A stretch of DNA of 62,939 bases, counting the filler, from Craspedostauros australis (Eukaryota), in assembly GCA_030167865.1 (NCBI GenBank). It is 10 parts of 10 records of this genome, joined end to end, with 100 filler letters (N's around TTAATTAATTAA, not from the genome) between each part and the next. Parts side by side here need not be neighbours in the genome. Positions count along the whole stretch, not along the records: positions 41,257 to 48,291 come from JALAGF010005781.1; positions 48,392 to 49,549 come from JALAGF010005782.1; positions 49,650 to 57,483 come from JALAGF010005783.1; 7 more parts are not named here. One strand, written 5' to 3'. Under the pieces are notes generated by a model, which saw nothing but the letters and a program-made list of their open reading frames with translations, was not told where the DNA came from and searched no databases. Both the position numbers and the translations under genes were made by a program. This document shows positions 43,311 to 55,567 of this stretch, one piece after another. Positions within the stretch are counted from its first letter, which is position 1. Each line of letters opens with the position of its first letter.

Positions 43311-46300
43311 ATGACTACTACCGTTTCCGAAGCCGAGATTTTCGCCCATGTGCTGAGCGTCATCGGCATCACTGCAGGTACCGATCAACGCGACCTTCTG
43401 GAACATGAAGGTATCAACAACATGTCGGATCTCCTGCTCGTTGAGCGCGACGACCTTGTCGCAATGCGATTCGTGAGTGCTGACGAGGATGCAGAGCCTT
43501 TCGCGTACCAACTCAATGGGCCAACCATCCGCAAGATCCTCGCCCTCCATCGGTGGTACCAACTTCAGGACAACCCTACGTTCGCCACCTGGTACCGCAT
43601 CACCGGACATTCTCTCGCTGAGTCGATCGCCACCCCTCTTGTTGATCCATCGGTTGCAGCAGCGACTGCAGCAGCAGCAGCAGCAGCAGCAACAACTCCA
43701 CCAATCCCTGATGAGGCGCCTTCGTCTGCAACAGCTGGCGCAGCATTCTCTCGTCTCCAGGACTTCCGAAAGGGGATGAAGCGCGACAGCGGACGATTCC
43801 CGAAGCTCAAGGAGGACAAGTACTTCCTGTCCTTCAGACGCACATTCGCGACTGTCGCCGCATCCCAAGGCGTATCCAACGTCCTGGACCCTGACTACAA
43901 TCCGCCCACTGAGGATCAAACTCTCTTCGATGAGCAGAACATCTTCGTCTATGGTGCTCTTGTCCTCAGCCTCAAGACTCAGAAGGGTCAAGGTTGTGTC
44001 CGGCGCTTCGAGGATTCCATGGATGGCCAAGCTGCCTATACCACTCTTCTCGCAGAGTACACCTCTGGTGTGACAGCTGCCAACTCTGCAAAGGCACTTC
44101 GCACATCCCTCGAGTCCCTCAAACTGGACAAGGATTGGCGAGGTACCCGGGAGTCCTTCCTCGATGCTTGGTCCAACAAGGTTCGTGACTTGGAGACAAT
44201 CCAAGATCACACTGTGTCCCCCGAGCGCAAGCGCGACTGGCTTGAGGAGTCTATCTCCCAGGATGCCGAGCTGTACCGAGCACTCTTCGAGTCTCAGTAC
44301 CTTGAGGCGTCCCTCGATGCCATGAGCATTGCCGGAGTCTCCAGAGACTTCACCCTCGACTTTGACAAGATCTTCTCGCTGGTGTGCAGTCATGCGCAGT
44401 GCTTGGATCATGTCAAGCCACGTGGACGTACCAATCGAAAGGTCCACAACGCCAAGCACTCTGGCACCAATTCTGGTGCACATTCGTGGAGCAAGGACAA
44501 AGACTATTCAAAGGATCCTCGTCCCCGTGTCCCTCATGATGAGTGGATGAAGATGGACAAGAGCCAACGCCAAGCATTCCTCCAAGCAAAGGGGAAGTGG
44601 GATCCCAACCGTGCCAAAGGCGGCCGCAATCGCTCTGTCAACAAGNNNNNNNNNNNNNNNNNNNNNNNNNNNNNNNNNNNNNNNNNNNNNNNNNNNNNNN
44701 NNNNNNNNNNNNNNNNNNNNNNNNNCGCACCTCCAGGCGACGCCATCAGCCGCATGCTCGCCAACGCCAAGACGACCGGATCATCTGACGTGCCTGTCCT
44801 GTCCTACAAGGGGCAAACCTGGCGTCTCGCCAACCAAGCCGTGATTCGCTACCAATTTCACAAGGCATCCAAGGAACTGGACGGATCTCTCGTCGACAGT
44901 GGAGCCAATGGTGGTCTCGCTGGGGATGATGTCGTGGTGCTATGCAAGACCGGACACACCGCTGATGTCAACGGCATTGGAGATTCAGCCATCGGCAACC
45001 TTGACATTGGTTCTGTTGCTGGACTCGTCCAGACCACTGACGGACCAATCATCGCCGTATTCCATCAATACGCGCTGTACGGGAAGCACAAGACGATTCA
45101 TTCGGCCAATCAGCTCGCCTCCTTCGGCGTGGATGTCAATGAACGTCCCCGTGATCTGCCTGGTGGCCGACAGACCATTGTGACCCCTGGCGGTCATGTG
45201 ATTCCTTTGTCAATCCGCCAAGGCTTGTCGTACATGGACATGCGTCCTCCGACTCGTGCCCAACTCGATCAGCTCCCTCACGTCGACTTCACAGCCGACA
45301 ATGAATCGGATCCTTCCTCACTTGACCATGAGCTTGATGTCACCGACGTCGCTCCACAAGATCCAGAACCTCCATTGGATGATCGCAGCCATGCCGTCGA
45401 TGTCTTCGTCGTCGACCAACACCCATCTGCGGACGACTCCATCGTCCCGACAGGCGGCATCCAACAACGCCCCTCGCCTATCGACTACGAGGCACTCCGT
45501 CCGCACTTCGGGTGGATCCCTGCTCGTCGTGTGCGAGACACTCTTCGCTGCACATCGCAGTGGTACCGCACCGCAGAGAGATTCTCAATGCGGAAGCACT
45601 TCAAGAACCGCTTTCCGGCAGCCAACGTCGATCGCTTGCATGAGGTGGTGGCCATGGACACCCTGTTCTCGGACACCCCTGCGCATGACGATGGAGTGCC
45701 TGGACATGGCGGGTGCACCATGATTCAAGTCTACGTTGCTCTCCAATCCAGATTCACCGCAGGCTTTCCCATGTCCTCGGAGAAGCAGGTCGCCAGCACG
45801 CTGTTGGATTTCATCCGACGTCACGGCGCGCCTGACTTACTCATGTCGGACAATGCGAAGTCTGAGGTCGGTTCCAAGGTCCAGGAGATTCTTCGACAAT
45901 ATGCTGTCAAGGACCATCAGAGCGAGCCGGAGCATCAGCACCAGAATGGTGCTGAACGCCGAATCCAAGACATCAAGCGAACTACGAATGGAATCATGGA
46001 TCGCACCGGAACACCATCGAAGTACTGGCTCATCTGCACCCAGTACGTCATTTNGTTGTTCAACCACATCGCCCAGCACACTGCAGGAGACATCACCCCT
46101 CTGCAGGCTGCATATGGGCATCGCCCCGATGTGAGCAAGTTCCTTGCTTACCGCTGGTGGCAGCCTGTGTACTTCCGAGTTGAGCAGCCAGGATTCCCCA
46201 GCCACTCCAAGGATCGTCGCGGTCGCTGGGCCGGCCCATGCGCTCACAAAGGAGACGACCTGACCTTCTGGATTCTGGATGATGAGTCCCAGCGACTCNN

Positions 46301-48291
46301 NNNNNNNNNNNNNNNNNNNNNNNNNNNNNNNNNNNNNNNNNNNNNNNNACATCAAGCGAACTACGAATGGAATCATGGATCGCACCGGAACACCATCGAA
46401 GTACTGGCTCATCTGCACCCAGTACGTCATTTTGTTGTTCAACCACATCGCCCAGCACACTGCAGGAGACATCACCCCTCTGCAGGCTGCATATGGGCAT
46501 CGCCCCGATGTGAGCAAGTTCCTTGCTTACCGCTGGTGGCAGCCTGTGTACTTCCGNGTTGAGNAGCCAGGATTCCCCAGCCACTCCAAGGANCGNCGCG
46601 GTCGCTGGGCCGGCCCATGCGCTCACAAAGGAGACGACCTGACCTTCTGGATTCTGGATGATGAGTCCCAGCGACTCCTGCCCAGATCTGCAATCCGCTC
46701 TGCGGATGATCCAGATACCAGGAACCTTCGAGCTGACTTCCCCTTCCCCATTGTTGGGGAGGAGGATGATGCGGTGAGTGAACCATCGGATGATGGGGAG
46801 GTGTCGGATGACATATCCGTCCCTCCTGACTCTGATCCGATCGTCCATTCTCTCTCNNNNNNNNNNNNNNNNNNNNNNNNNNNNNNNNNNNNNNNNNNNN
46901 NNNNNNNNNNNNNNNNNNNNNNNNNNNNNNNNNNNNNNNNNNNNNNNNNNNNNNNNNNNNNNNNNNNNNNNNNNNNNNNNNNNGAGGTTCGTGCGGACGT
47001 CGTTCGCAAGATCAACGACCATGACGCGGACAATCATCAACGCATCAAGCTCCTGCTCTCTCTCAATGATGGGGAGACGAATGAGTTGATGGCGTACACC
47101 GAACTTTCCGACATCATCGAGAGTCAACAGGACTCCGACCCTGAGGGCAACAAGTGGATATTCCATGACATCATCGGTCATGACGGTCCCATCTCACCCT
47201 CATCGTCGTCCTACAAGGGATCTCGTTTCAACGTCACCGTCCAATGGAATGATGGCTCCACTTCGTCTGAGCCTCTTTCGGCAATGATCCAAGACGACCC
47301 TGCCACATGNNNNNNNNNNNNNNNNNNNNNNNNNNNNNNNNNNNNNNNNNNNNNNNNNNNNNNNNNNNNNNNNNNNNNNNNNNNNNNNNNNNNNNNNNNN
47401 NNNNNNGATGTCGCCAAGACTCGGACACACGGCAACATCCCGACCTTCCAATTTGGTGTGCAAGTGCCCAGGAACCATCAAGAGGCCATGCAGCTTGACC
47501 GGAAGAACGGCAACACCTTTTGGGCTGATGCTGAGCGGAAGGAAATGCAGCAGCTGTTCGACTATGGGACATTCGAGTCTCTTGGCAAGCAACAGGCTCC
47601 ACCAGATGGATATCAGAAGATCCGCCTTCAGTGGGTCTATGCAATCAAGCATGACCTACGGCATAAGGCTCGATGTGTTGCAGGAGGTCATCTGACAGAC
47701 CAGTGCAAGGACATGTCCTATGCTGGGGTTGTCAGCCTCCGCTCTCTCCGCATCGCTCTCCTGGCAGGTGAGCTCAATGGACTCTCCACCATGGTGGGTG
47801 ATATTGGCAATGCTTACCTCGAAGCATTCACCAAGGAGAAGATCTGCTTCATCGCTGGTGAAGAGTTTGGTGAGCATGCCGGCCATATGATGCGCATCGT
47901 CAAAGCGCTCTATGGCCTGCGTACCTCTGGAGCTCGTTTTCACGAAGCACTCTCCGACACTCTCAGAGACATGGGTTTCACCCAATGTCGTTCTGACCCT
48001 GACGTCTGGATGCATGATGCTGGCTCCCACTGGGAGTACATCTGCGTCTATGTGGACGACTTGATGGCAGTCATGAAGGATCCCCATTCCTTCTTTGACG
48101 CATTGACATCCAAGTACGGCTACAAGCTGAAAGGCGTCGGTCCCATCGAATATCATCTGGGAGCTGACTTTGGTCGAGATCCAGATGGCACTCTGAAGAT
48201 GAGTCCGCATTCCTACATCAAAAGGATGTTGACGAACTTCGAACGCATGTTTGGCGCACTCCCAAAGAAGGCAAGCTGTCCTCTGGACAAA
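43311..48291 (+). mobile_element. Ty1/copia (CoDi-I-like) gag-pol polyprotein: gag, protease, integrase, chromo-like module, RT; 3'-truncated
   Basis: LVDSGANGG; VAMDTLFSD, MSDNAKSE, HQNGAERRIQ; WVYAIKHDLRHKARCVAGG, GDIGNAYL, KALYGLRTSG, YVDDL. ATG at 43311 follows a CAAA-rich leader. Part of the integrase is duplicated across a gap. Confidence 0.93.
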
Positions 48292-48391
48292 NNNNNNNNN
48301 NNNNNNNNNNNNNNNNNNNNNNNNNNNNNNNNNNNTTAATTAATTAANNNNNNNNNNNNNNNNNNNNNNNNNNNNNNNNNNNNNNNNNNNN

Positions 48392-49549
48392 CGAATTCAC
48401 AATGTGGCATGAGGCTCCACTGTCGGCGAGCCATGTGTGTTCATCGGGTGTGTCGGTGTGGTGGTTGGATGCACGGAAGCGCGTGCGATCCACGACCATG
48501 ATTGCCAACTCGTCGTCGTAGGAGGAATCGTCGTCGTCGGATGACTCACCCGTGCTGGAATCATCCCAATTGATTGGAGGGCGCATTGGTGCTGCCTGCT
48601 GTGGTGGTTCCGGTCTTGCCTGTCGCGGTGGCTCAGGTCGCCTCTCCTGTGGTCGGTGGTGAAGGAGTGTCACCATGCATCCTCCGAGGATGAAGTGCCT
48701 CTCCATGATGCTCAGTGGTGGTTGGCCGTGATGCTCGAGGATCCTGTTGAGAATCATGCTGTTTGCTAGGATCTCTTCGATTGACAGAAGCTCTGCCATG
48801 ATGAACATTCCTGACACTCGTCCAACGAATGCCATCTGGATGCGTCGATTGTTGGGGAACAAGTTGCGGGCCCCGTTGAAGATGGCGTTGCTGACCATCT
48901 CGCGTTGTCTGATCTCGGCCGTGAATGTTGGGTACGGCACAGTGTCATGCCTGCCGTGCGCTCCTCGTTGGTTGAAGAAGTCTGTTGGCCCGAACCGTAG
49001 GCCGGTTGGGAAGATCACGTCTTCGTGGTGGTTCATGACTCGTTGCCCTTCTGGTCTGAGAGGACGGAATCTGTTTCGGACGTATAGTGGACGAGTTGCG
49101 TCGCTGTCGTCATCTCCGTCATCTTGAGCGATCTCTTCTTCGGCGGAGCCAGCGGCTGACGCCTCTTCNAAGAGATTGTCGTCCAGGAGCATGTCTTGCT
49201 CAATCGGGGGCTCCCCGGCTTCCTCCATAGCGAGGATATCGATATCCTCCTCGGGGTCTTCTTCTCGGTTGCCGTTGCTCGGCAAGTCGTGCGTGTTGAG
49301 GCAATAATCGAAATCGAGATCAAAACGAGGCTCGTTGTCGAGCGTCACCTCGTGGATGATTGGTCCGTCGTCGAGCCATTCTGGGATGCTCGTGTCGTCG
49401 TGGACCTCGTCTATTCCTGGACGGTGTTGGAAGGTATCAAAGAATGAATCATCGACAGCGTAGGCGGTGTGAGTTTGTGCGGGTGTGTCGAGCATGGTCA
49501 TCACCATCTCGAATCTGTCGTCGGTGCCGTCTTGCGCCGTGTTTCCTTG
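48392..49549 (-). mobile_element. Copia gag-pol spacer ending in the protease active site
   Basis: Long acidic open frame ending HTWLADSGASCHIVNS at the scaffold edge. Confidence 0.75.
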
Positions 49550-49650
49550 NNNNNNNNNNNNNNNNNNNNNNNNNNNNNNNNNNNNNNNNNNNNTTAATTA
49601 ATTAANNNNNNNNNNNNNNNNNNNNNNNNNNNNNNNNNNNNNNNNNNNNC

Positions 49651-50883
49651 TTGGTCCGCGATGACCTCCGAGACTGGAGATACTCCAAACTGCAATATTG
49701 GGTTGTATCCATCGGTCTGTCATCAGTCCTGCTGGTGATAACCAGCATCATACTCAAGTGGGTGATGATCGGCAAGAAGAGACCGGGCCAAGCGAGGACC
49801 GGTATCTGGAGTGAATTCGCAGACTGGGCATGCGACTATCACTTCGACCGAGCATGCATGATACTCGACGGACTGACCACCAATTCGATCATTTGGAACC
49901 TGGTCCACATGGCTCATGGATTGGACATCGATCTGCGATCAAAGATCTTCAGTGACAGCTTCCATCCATCCGGAGTCGACCTCATCACCATCCGACGATC
50001 GTTCGTATCCGTCGTCACCTTCCACACGAAGGAAAACAGTAAATACAGGAGAGTCACGATCGAGGATAGCAGCATTGGGATGCTGACGACCTGCGCGCCG
50101 GGTGTGACAGTCCGCAACGCTTTGGTCTCGCCGCAGACACATATCACGGAGAGCGTCATCCGTCCAAAGCCCGATCCGCGCAACAAGAGAGTATCAGACT
50201 CGAAACTGACCGGGATCATGGTGGCGAGCACACTGCTCTACGCTGTCATGTTGCTCGTTGCGGCAATCAGCTTCATCCCAGCCTTTGAGCTATGGATGAA
50301 TGTCGTCAAGCCGCAGTCATCATTCGAGGCGGTCCCACTGGTGGTGCTATCGGTCATCATCCAGACCATTGTGTGGACCATGCTCTTGCGTGTCCACATA
50401 TTCATGACGTTCGCGGGAAGCAATGAGCGAACGACGCCATGGTGCTTGCCGCTGTACATGGTGTACCAATCGTTCGCTTACTCTGTCCATGTATGGTCGC
50501 TGTATCCCATCCTCTCGGGAACACCGATGATCAACAGCGTTCTCCGCTTTCGTGGGGTCAACGTTGAAGGTCGCTTGCTCTACTTCGGCTTCCGCCTCTT
50601 CGAGCCGACCTACGTCACCTTCGCGGATGGATGCGTCGTCGATGAATGTTGGATCACTGGTCACTGCGGCGTATTCTCCCAACTGACTTTGGGGAAGTCG
50701 TACATCAGCGGAGTGTTGCATCAAAATTGTGCTGTCATGATGGTGGCGAAGACAGCAGCAACAGCGGACAAAGCAAGGTTGGCTGAACACGGACCTCAGC
50801 ATCTCCTCATGAACTCGGACCAATCGCTGGGTGGAGGACAAACGCAAGCCTCCCAGGAGATGATCAATTCAGATACAGCTTGA
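49651..50883 (+). CDS. 5'-partial: Pls/PosA-type NRPS terminal module (TM helices alternating with left-handed beta-helix-like domains)
   Basis: LKWVMIGKKRPG...W, VDLITI, VTIEDSSIG...PGVTV, LSGTPMINSVLRFRGVNV and EPTYVTFADGCVV...GH, separated by pairs of hydrophobic segments. Confidence 0.75.
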   Translation: MVRDDLRDWRYSKLQYWVVSIGLSSVLLVITSIILKWVMIGKKRPGQARTGIWSEFADWACDYHFDRACMILDGLTTNSIIWNLVHMAHGLDIDLRSKIFSDSFHPSGVDLITIRRSFVSVVTFHTKENSKYRRVTIEDSSIGMLTTCAPGVTVRNALVSPQTHITESVIRPKPDPRNKRVSDSKLTGIMVASTLLYAVMLLVAAISFIPAFELWMNVVKPQSSFEAVPLVVLSVIIQTIVWTMLLRVHIFMTFAGSNERTTPWCLPLYMVYQSFAYSVHVWSLYPILSGTPMINSVLRFRGVNVEGRLLYFGFRLFEPTYVTFADGCVVDECWITGHCGVFSQLTLGKSYISGVLHQNCAVMMVAKTAATADKARLAEHGPQHLLMNSDQSLGGGQTQASQEMINSDTA

Positions 50884-51644
50884 GGCCGCACGACGCAATA
50901 GCGACATCATTCACCATGGAGTTAAGAAGTAGAGAGCTGCACGATCAGGAGATTGAGCTGCGAGGATTGCAGTCGGATTGGTGGGCGCAGCAATGGAGAG
51001 TGAGAAATTCACTGTGAAATCACTGACTATCTACACAGAGCACTTTGCTCTCATCCACTATGGCCGTAGCTATTTCCAACAGACATGGTTCTGCGAATCC
51101 GTTCTCAGTGACGCACCAATGCTGAACGCTCGGTGGCGGTTCCTCGTTGTCTCCGCAGCCGATGATGCCGTACTGCTCGTACTATCGTTGTGCTGCCTTT
51201 ACATCGAAACCCATAGTCGCATTCGTTTGCAGGACGAAAAGATGATGCCGATTGCCGCATGCCGACTAGGATCAAGCTTACGTATCACAGTGCAGGATTT
51301 TGCGGTTGGCGAGACAGCCAGCATCGCCTCGCCCATCACAAACGCAGCTGATACTATTCGTCAGGAATCGGGTGTACCGAAACACCAAATTGCCGCACCT
51401 TCCAAGAGCGTGGAGTTGAGAATTGTAAAACGGTATATTACCTCACCTCCCAAGAGTAAGCAGCCGAATGTTATGATATGCTACATTACCGCAACCTTCG
51501 CCCTTGGATCTTTGTGACAGAAAAATGTGAGTTGCATGTGTTTTGTGATGGAGAACGACACGTGCCGAATGCGAACCGTACCTTGGCGTTCGTGACCTAA
51601 ATTCAGGAATGCGAATCACACATGGATGTCGCAGGGGGCAGGGA

Positions 51645-52222
51645 TGTTGGAATCATGACCAACATCACGATACACGCGACTACGGCCCCCATGTCACAAC
51701 CAATGAAAAAGAGTACTGGAGGAAGGCCGATGTCACAAAGTGTGAGATGGCCTGTGAATGGACCAGTGATGAAGAACCTCCAGGAAGCCAGTGAAGTGAT
51801 CAGTGAAGTAATCGGAGAAGCGATCAGAGAAGCATCGGAGATGATCGGAAATGTGTGATGATGAGGAGCTGAGAGAGACCTCATCCAGGATGTTCCCGTG
51901 ACGAATGGGAGACCGTGATCTGATCAAATGAACTGATCTGTGTGATGCCTATGACTCGGCGATGTCTAAGGCATCGAAACTATCAGCGGAGGACATTGTG
52001 CTTGTGTGCACGGATATGGGGTACTTGGTGGCGCATGCATGTCCATGATGAATTTGCAATGAATGCAAGATGGATGCCTGCTAGACCAACAGAGGGACCC
52101 ATGGAGATCTCAGGAGGAGATCGGACTTTGAAGTTGAGAGCAATGAAGAGCTCACAGTTCAGAGAAGTAGATTCTAGCAAACAGTTAGCTTTCTACTATC
52201 ACACCACCCCGGATTTCCAACA
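51645..52222 (+). mobile_element. Remnant 3' LTR of a copia related to the 23157-29231 element
   Basis: Purine-rich AGGGGGCAGGGA is followed by TGTTGGAATC; the end is CCCCGGATTTCCAACA. The last ~100 bp align with the reverse complement of 23157-23260 (GAGATCGGA, GCTCACAGTTC, CTACTA). Confidence 0.75.
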
Positions 52223-53059
52223 GGTGTTGGTTGATAGTTGTTCTGTTTGCTATTTCATTAGTTGAGCACTCCAATCCTCTTGGTGTCTCCGTTCTCTTGC
52301 CCGATGCTCTCGGCATGTCTCTCTGTTTCGTAGATTGGTCTCCGACTATGAGTCGGTACGCAAGATGCTCTCTCGCTGTTATTTGTATCAACGTCTAGAT
52401 CGAAATTAGGCTAACATCTCTCATGACTGAAACGTGATTCGACTTGAATTGAGAGTATAGTCGGATGAGTCTTGATGATGCGAATGGTGTTCGGGTTCTA
52501 CTGTCATCGAATCTGATGTAGGCACTGACATCATCAATGACATCAGAAGATCAGTCATTGTGATCCGAGGAATCGAGATTATATCTTAGTCATGGTATGC
52601 TGACTTGTCTAGCAATGCCAAGTGCATCATCGAGCACGTGGCAACAACATTTAGAATACAGATCGTCGTCGTCAGAGATGATGCATGCATCATGTCGACA
52701 TCGACGGATCGAGATATATGCAGATCAGACAGAGATCAAGATTAGGCGAGACCAGGAGAGATGGAGAAAGACCCAAGAGCATGAATAACACAAGATATCG
52801 TGTAGATCAACATGCCATCTTGGGCAATGTTTTAGGAAAGACTGCAACATGACCCACGGTGTAATCATGCAGCACATTAGAAACTCGTGCAATAGGCACC
52901 ATCTTTAGAATGATGAGATCATGTTCTCATAATCAAAACTCAATCATCAATTGACACACCAACTTAGCAACAACAACAATCACCAAACACACTGACTCCA
53001 CCTATCGGATTGATCATCCAGGCGGCATAGTAAGTGCAGTGTTTGGTGCTCCCCTCTTG

Positions 53060-53549
53060 TCCTGTGTGTAATTTCTGATTATCTCTTCCTGACTTCTTGT
53101 CCTTCTTGGGCATGGGTGTGTCCATGTTGAAGATGCTGTTGTCGAAGAAGGACTCGTTCGTTTGGAATCGAGTGGCATCAGCAGGTCAGCTGCGCCCGGT
53201 TCCGGAGCGGCTCAGAGTGGCCGTGGCTGCTGTTGCTTGAGCAGTGGCTGCGGCAGCATACGCTGCTTCTGCAGCGGCTTCGGCCACTGACGCTACCTGT
53301 GTGAGGCAGACATTTTCGGCCGTGATCGCTTCGAGCTGCGCTTGCAGCTCTTCCAGCATGGCAGGGGTCGTGTCTTCTGCCGTGATGGTTAGCGGGGACT
53401 TCTCGAGGAGTCTTCGGACTTTGAGGGGATCGATCTGTTTGCCTTCTTTTGCTCTTGGTCGACTTCACTTCGTTTGGAAGGCGTGCACTGAAGTTCGATG
53501 CAGGCTTGGAGAGGGCTTGTACTCAGTCAGTGAGTGCAGTTCTAGCATG
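53060..53549 (-). pseudogene. Degenerate Ala-rich reading frame with in-frame stops, possibly a gag remnant
   Basis: ...MLEELQAQLEAITAENV...AEAAAEAAYAAAATAQATAA..., interrupted by TGA codons. Confidence 0.3.
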
Positions 53550-54899
53550 CTTTGGCAGAGGCTACTGATGGTTGACATTTGGTTGCTTACCTTCAGCTGG
53601 GACTTTCATCCTCTTAAGTGACTCGGTTTTCGAGCGTTGGGATCTGATCTCAAATCAGATGCATGCAGTGAGGACTTGGTCCTTTGGTAGATGCTCGGTT
53701 TACAAGCTGTGCCTTTTGGCTTGGTCTCAGAGAGACACTTGCGATCAGTTGGCAGAGGAAGATGCTTGGTGGAGTTGATAAGTGAGTATTTGGTAACCAC
53801 TCGCAGCTACCAGTTAGGATTTGGGCTCAGTCGACATGAATTGGTAGATGCCTCACGAACTGCTGGTTTCAAGATAACCATGTAGTGCAGTTCAAGAGGG
53901 GTGTACTGGATTGAAGATGTGTTTCTGTAACGATGAGTAGATGAGTGCTTTGGTACTAATCTCTGTCTGTTTATTATGAGTTATCTAGTAGTATTGGTAG
54001 GATGAAGAAACGATGTCACACAGCTTGATAGGACCCTGCACTGATGTACTTGGTTCAGTGCTTGAGGGCAGACATTGATTACTGCTCCTTGCTCTCTTTA
54101 CATGTAGACACACTGCAGTATAGATCATGACACTCAATGGAGGTGGTCATGAAGCAATGGCTGTGGCTGGAGTTCACTCTTGGATTCCTTTGCTTGAGTT
54201 GAAGCAAGTTGGATATACGTGCCAAGACTATGACGGTGATGTAGTAGTCATTGGCATGGAGGGAATCGAGGTATGTTGTAGTGAAAGGATTTGGGGAGCA
54301 TATAGTTCCCAAGGTGAAATGTGGTCATGTTATGAGTCATGATGGATTTGTGAATGGAAGAGAGAAAGGAGGAGAAAAGATTTGGTGGTCGATCAAGTCG
54401 GAAGATTTCGCGCCAAAACAAGAATTTCTCCCATCGGAGGCGGGTACCGTGTCCGGCAGTAGTCTGTCCCTTATTGAATCTCAACTCCCTCTGTGATTGA
54501 TTTTGTGCACGATTCCATACCATACACGTACGTCCATGCCGGCCACTGTTCCACTCGCCCAGTACCAGACAGGAACATCGTGTGATGACCAGAGAAGAAG
54601 CACCGTCTGCAGTGGCAATCACGTACCCAGACCAGGATGGAGAAAAGATGATAGAGCTCAAGAAATACGTGGTCAGCTCATTCCGTGCATTGTGCATGCG
54701 GATGGGTCTGTGTGTGCTCTACGCGTGCTCCCAACGAGCATTCCCCTCGGCTCGTGCAAACACGAGCTGCGGACGGAAAGAGAGGCAGGCAATTCTTCCT
54801 TGCTCTGGTGGTGGGTGTCGTGAGCTCTCACGGCCGCTGAAAACATGACCATTCAAAATGCTCGAACGGCGCGATGCCACCGTCCTTGTGCGATCGATC

Positions 54900-55050
54900 A
54901 ATGGAACTATTACAATGGAACTCCAATGAAACTATTGTAATGGAACCACAATGGAACCATCCTATTTTACAATGGAGCTATCGTCATGGCGCTCCAATGG
55001 AACTCTTGTAGTGGGACTCCGATGGAACTATTATATTTTCAGTGGGACTA
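54900..55050 (+). repeat. Array of ~11 degenerate AATGGAAC(T) motifs upstream of the FAAL gene
   Basis: Copies near 54900, 54914, 54925, 54939, 54950, 54971, 54985, 54996, 55010, 55021 and 55041. Confidence 0.8.
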
Positions 55051-55567
55051 TTATGTCCCTAACGAGATTATGGGCCTCTCATGTGACAATTTGGCACTCA
55101 ACATTGACGTGACACATTTGTATCTATGTGCCACATTTGTCACCTGTCCGCATCGGCCAGTTGAGGTGCACTGGGAATGTGTTTTCGACTTCCACACAGC
55201 GTTCTCGCGGAGAGCAGTGACAAATGGGGCACATATGCCAAATTTGTCAGCAAGTTTCTCAGGAGGGATATTCGTATAACAATACAATGGAACAATCAAT
55301 GAAGGAATCCACCAGTCCACGAAAATCTGAAGTCGGAGGGTGGCGACTGGCTGAAGACAGGGCGAGTGGCTCAGCGAGATGTGTTGTAAGCAACAGATTG
55401 CTTTGCACAACGGTGCTTACGACACGAGCTTTCACCTTCCCAACTGCTCGCAATTTCAGTCCGAGGGCGAACAGCTTCACAAATCAAGCAATGCAGCAAG
55501 ATCAAAGCAACCGCAACACCCGCATCACATCTGCTAACGCTCCTTCGCATCAACAGCATATCCCAAC

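Noticed and set aside
50978..51517. 179-aa ORF downstream of the NRPS terminal module, and the many short antisense ORFs across the window
   Set aside because: No recognisable motifs; most are shadows of real genes or chance frames.
52225..52812. Second solo LTR (TGTTGG...TCAACA)
   Set aside because: Only short terminal matches; no TSD, PPT or second copy to support it.
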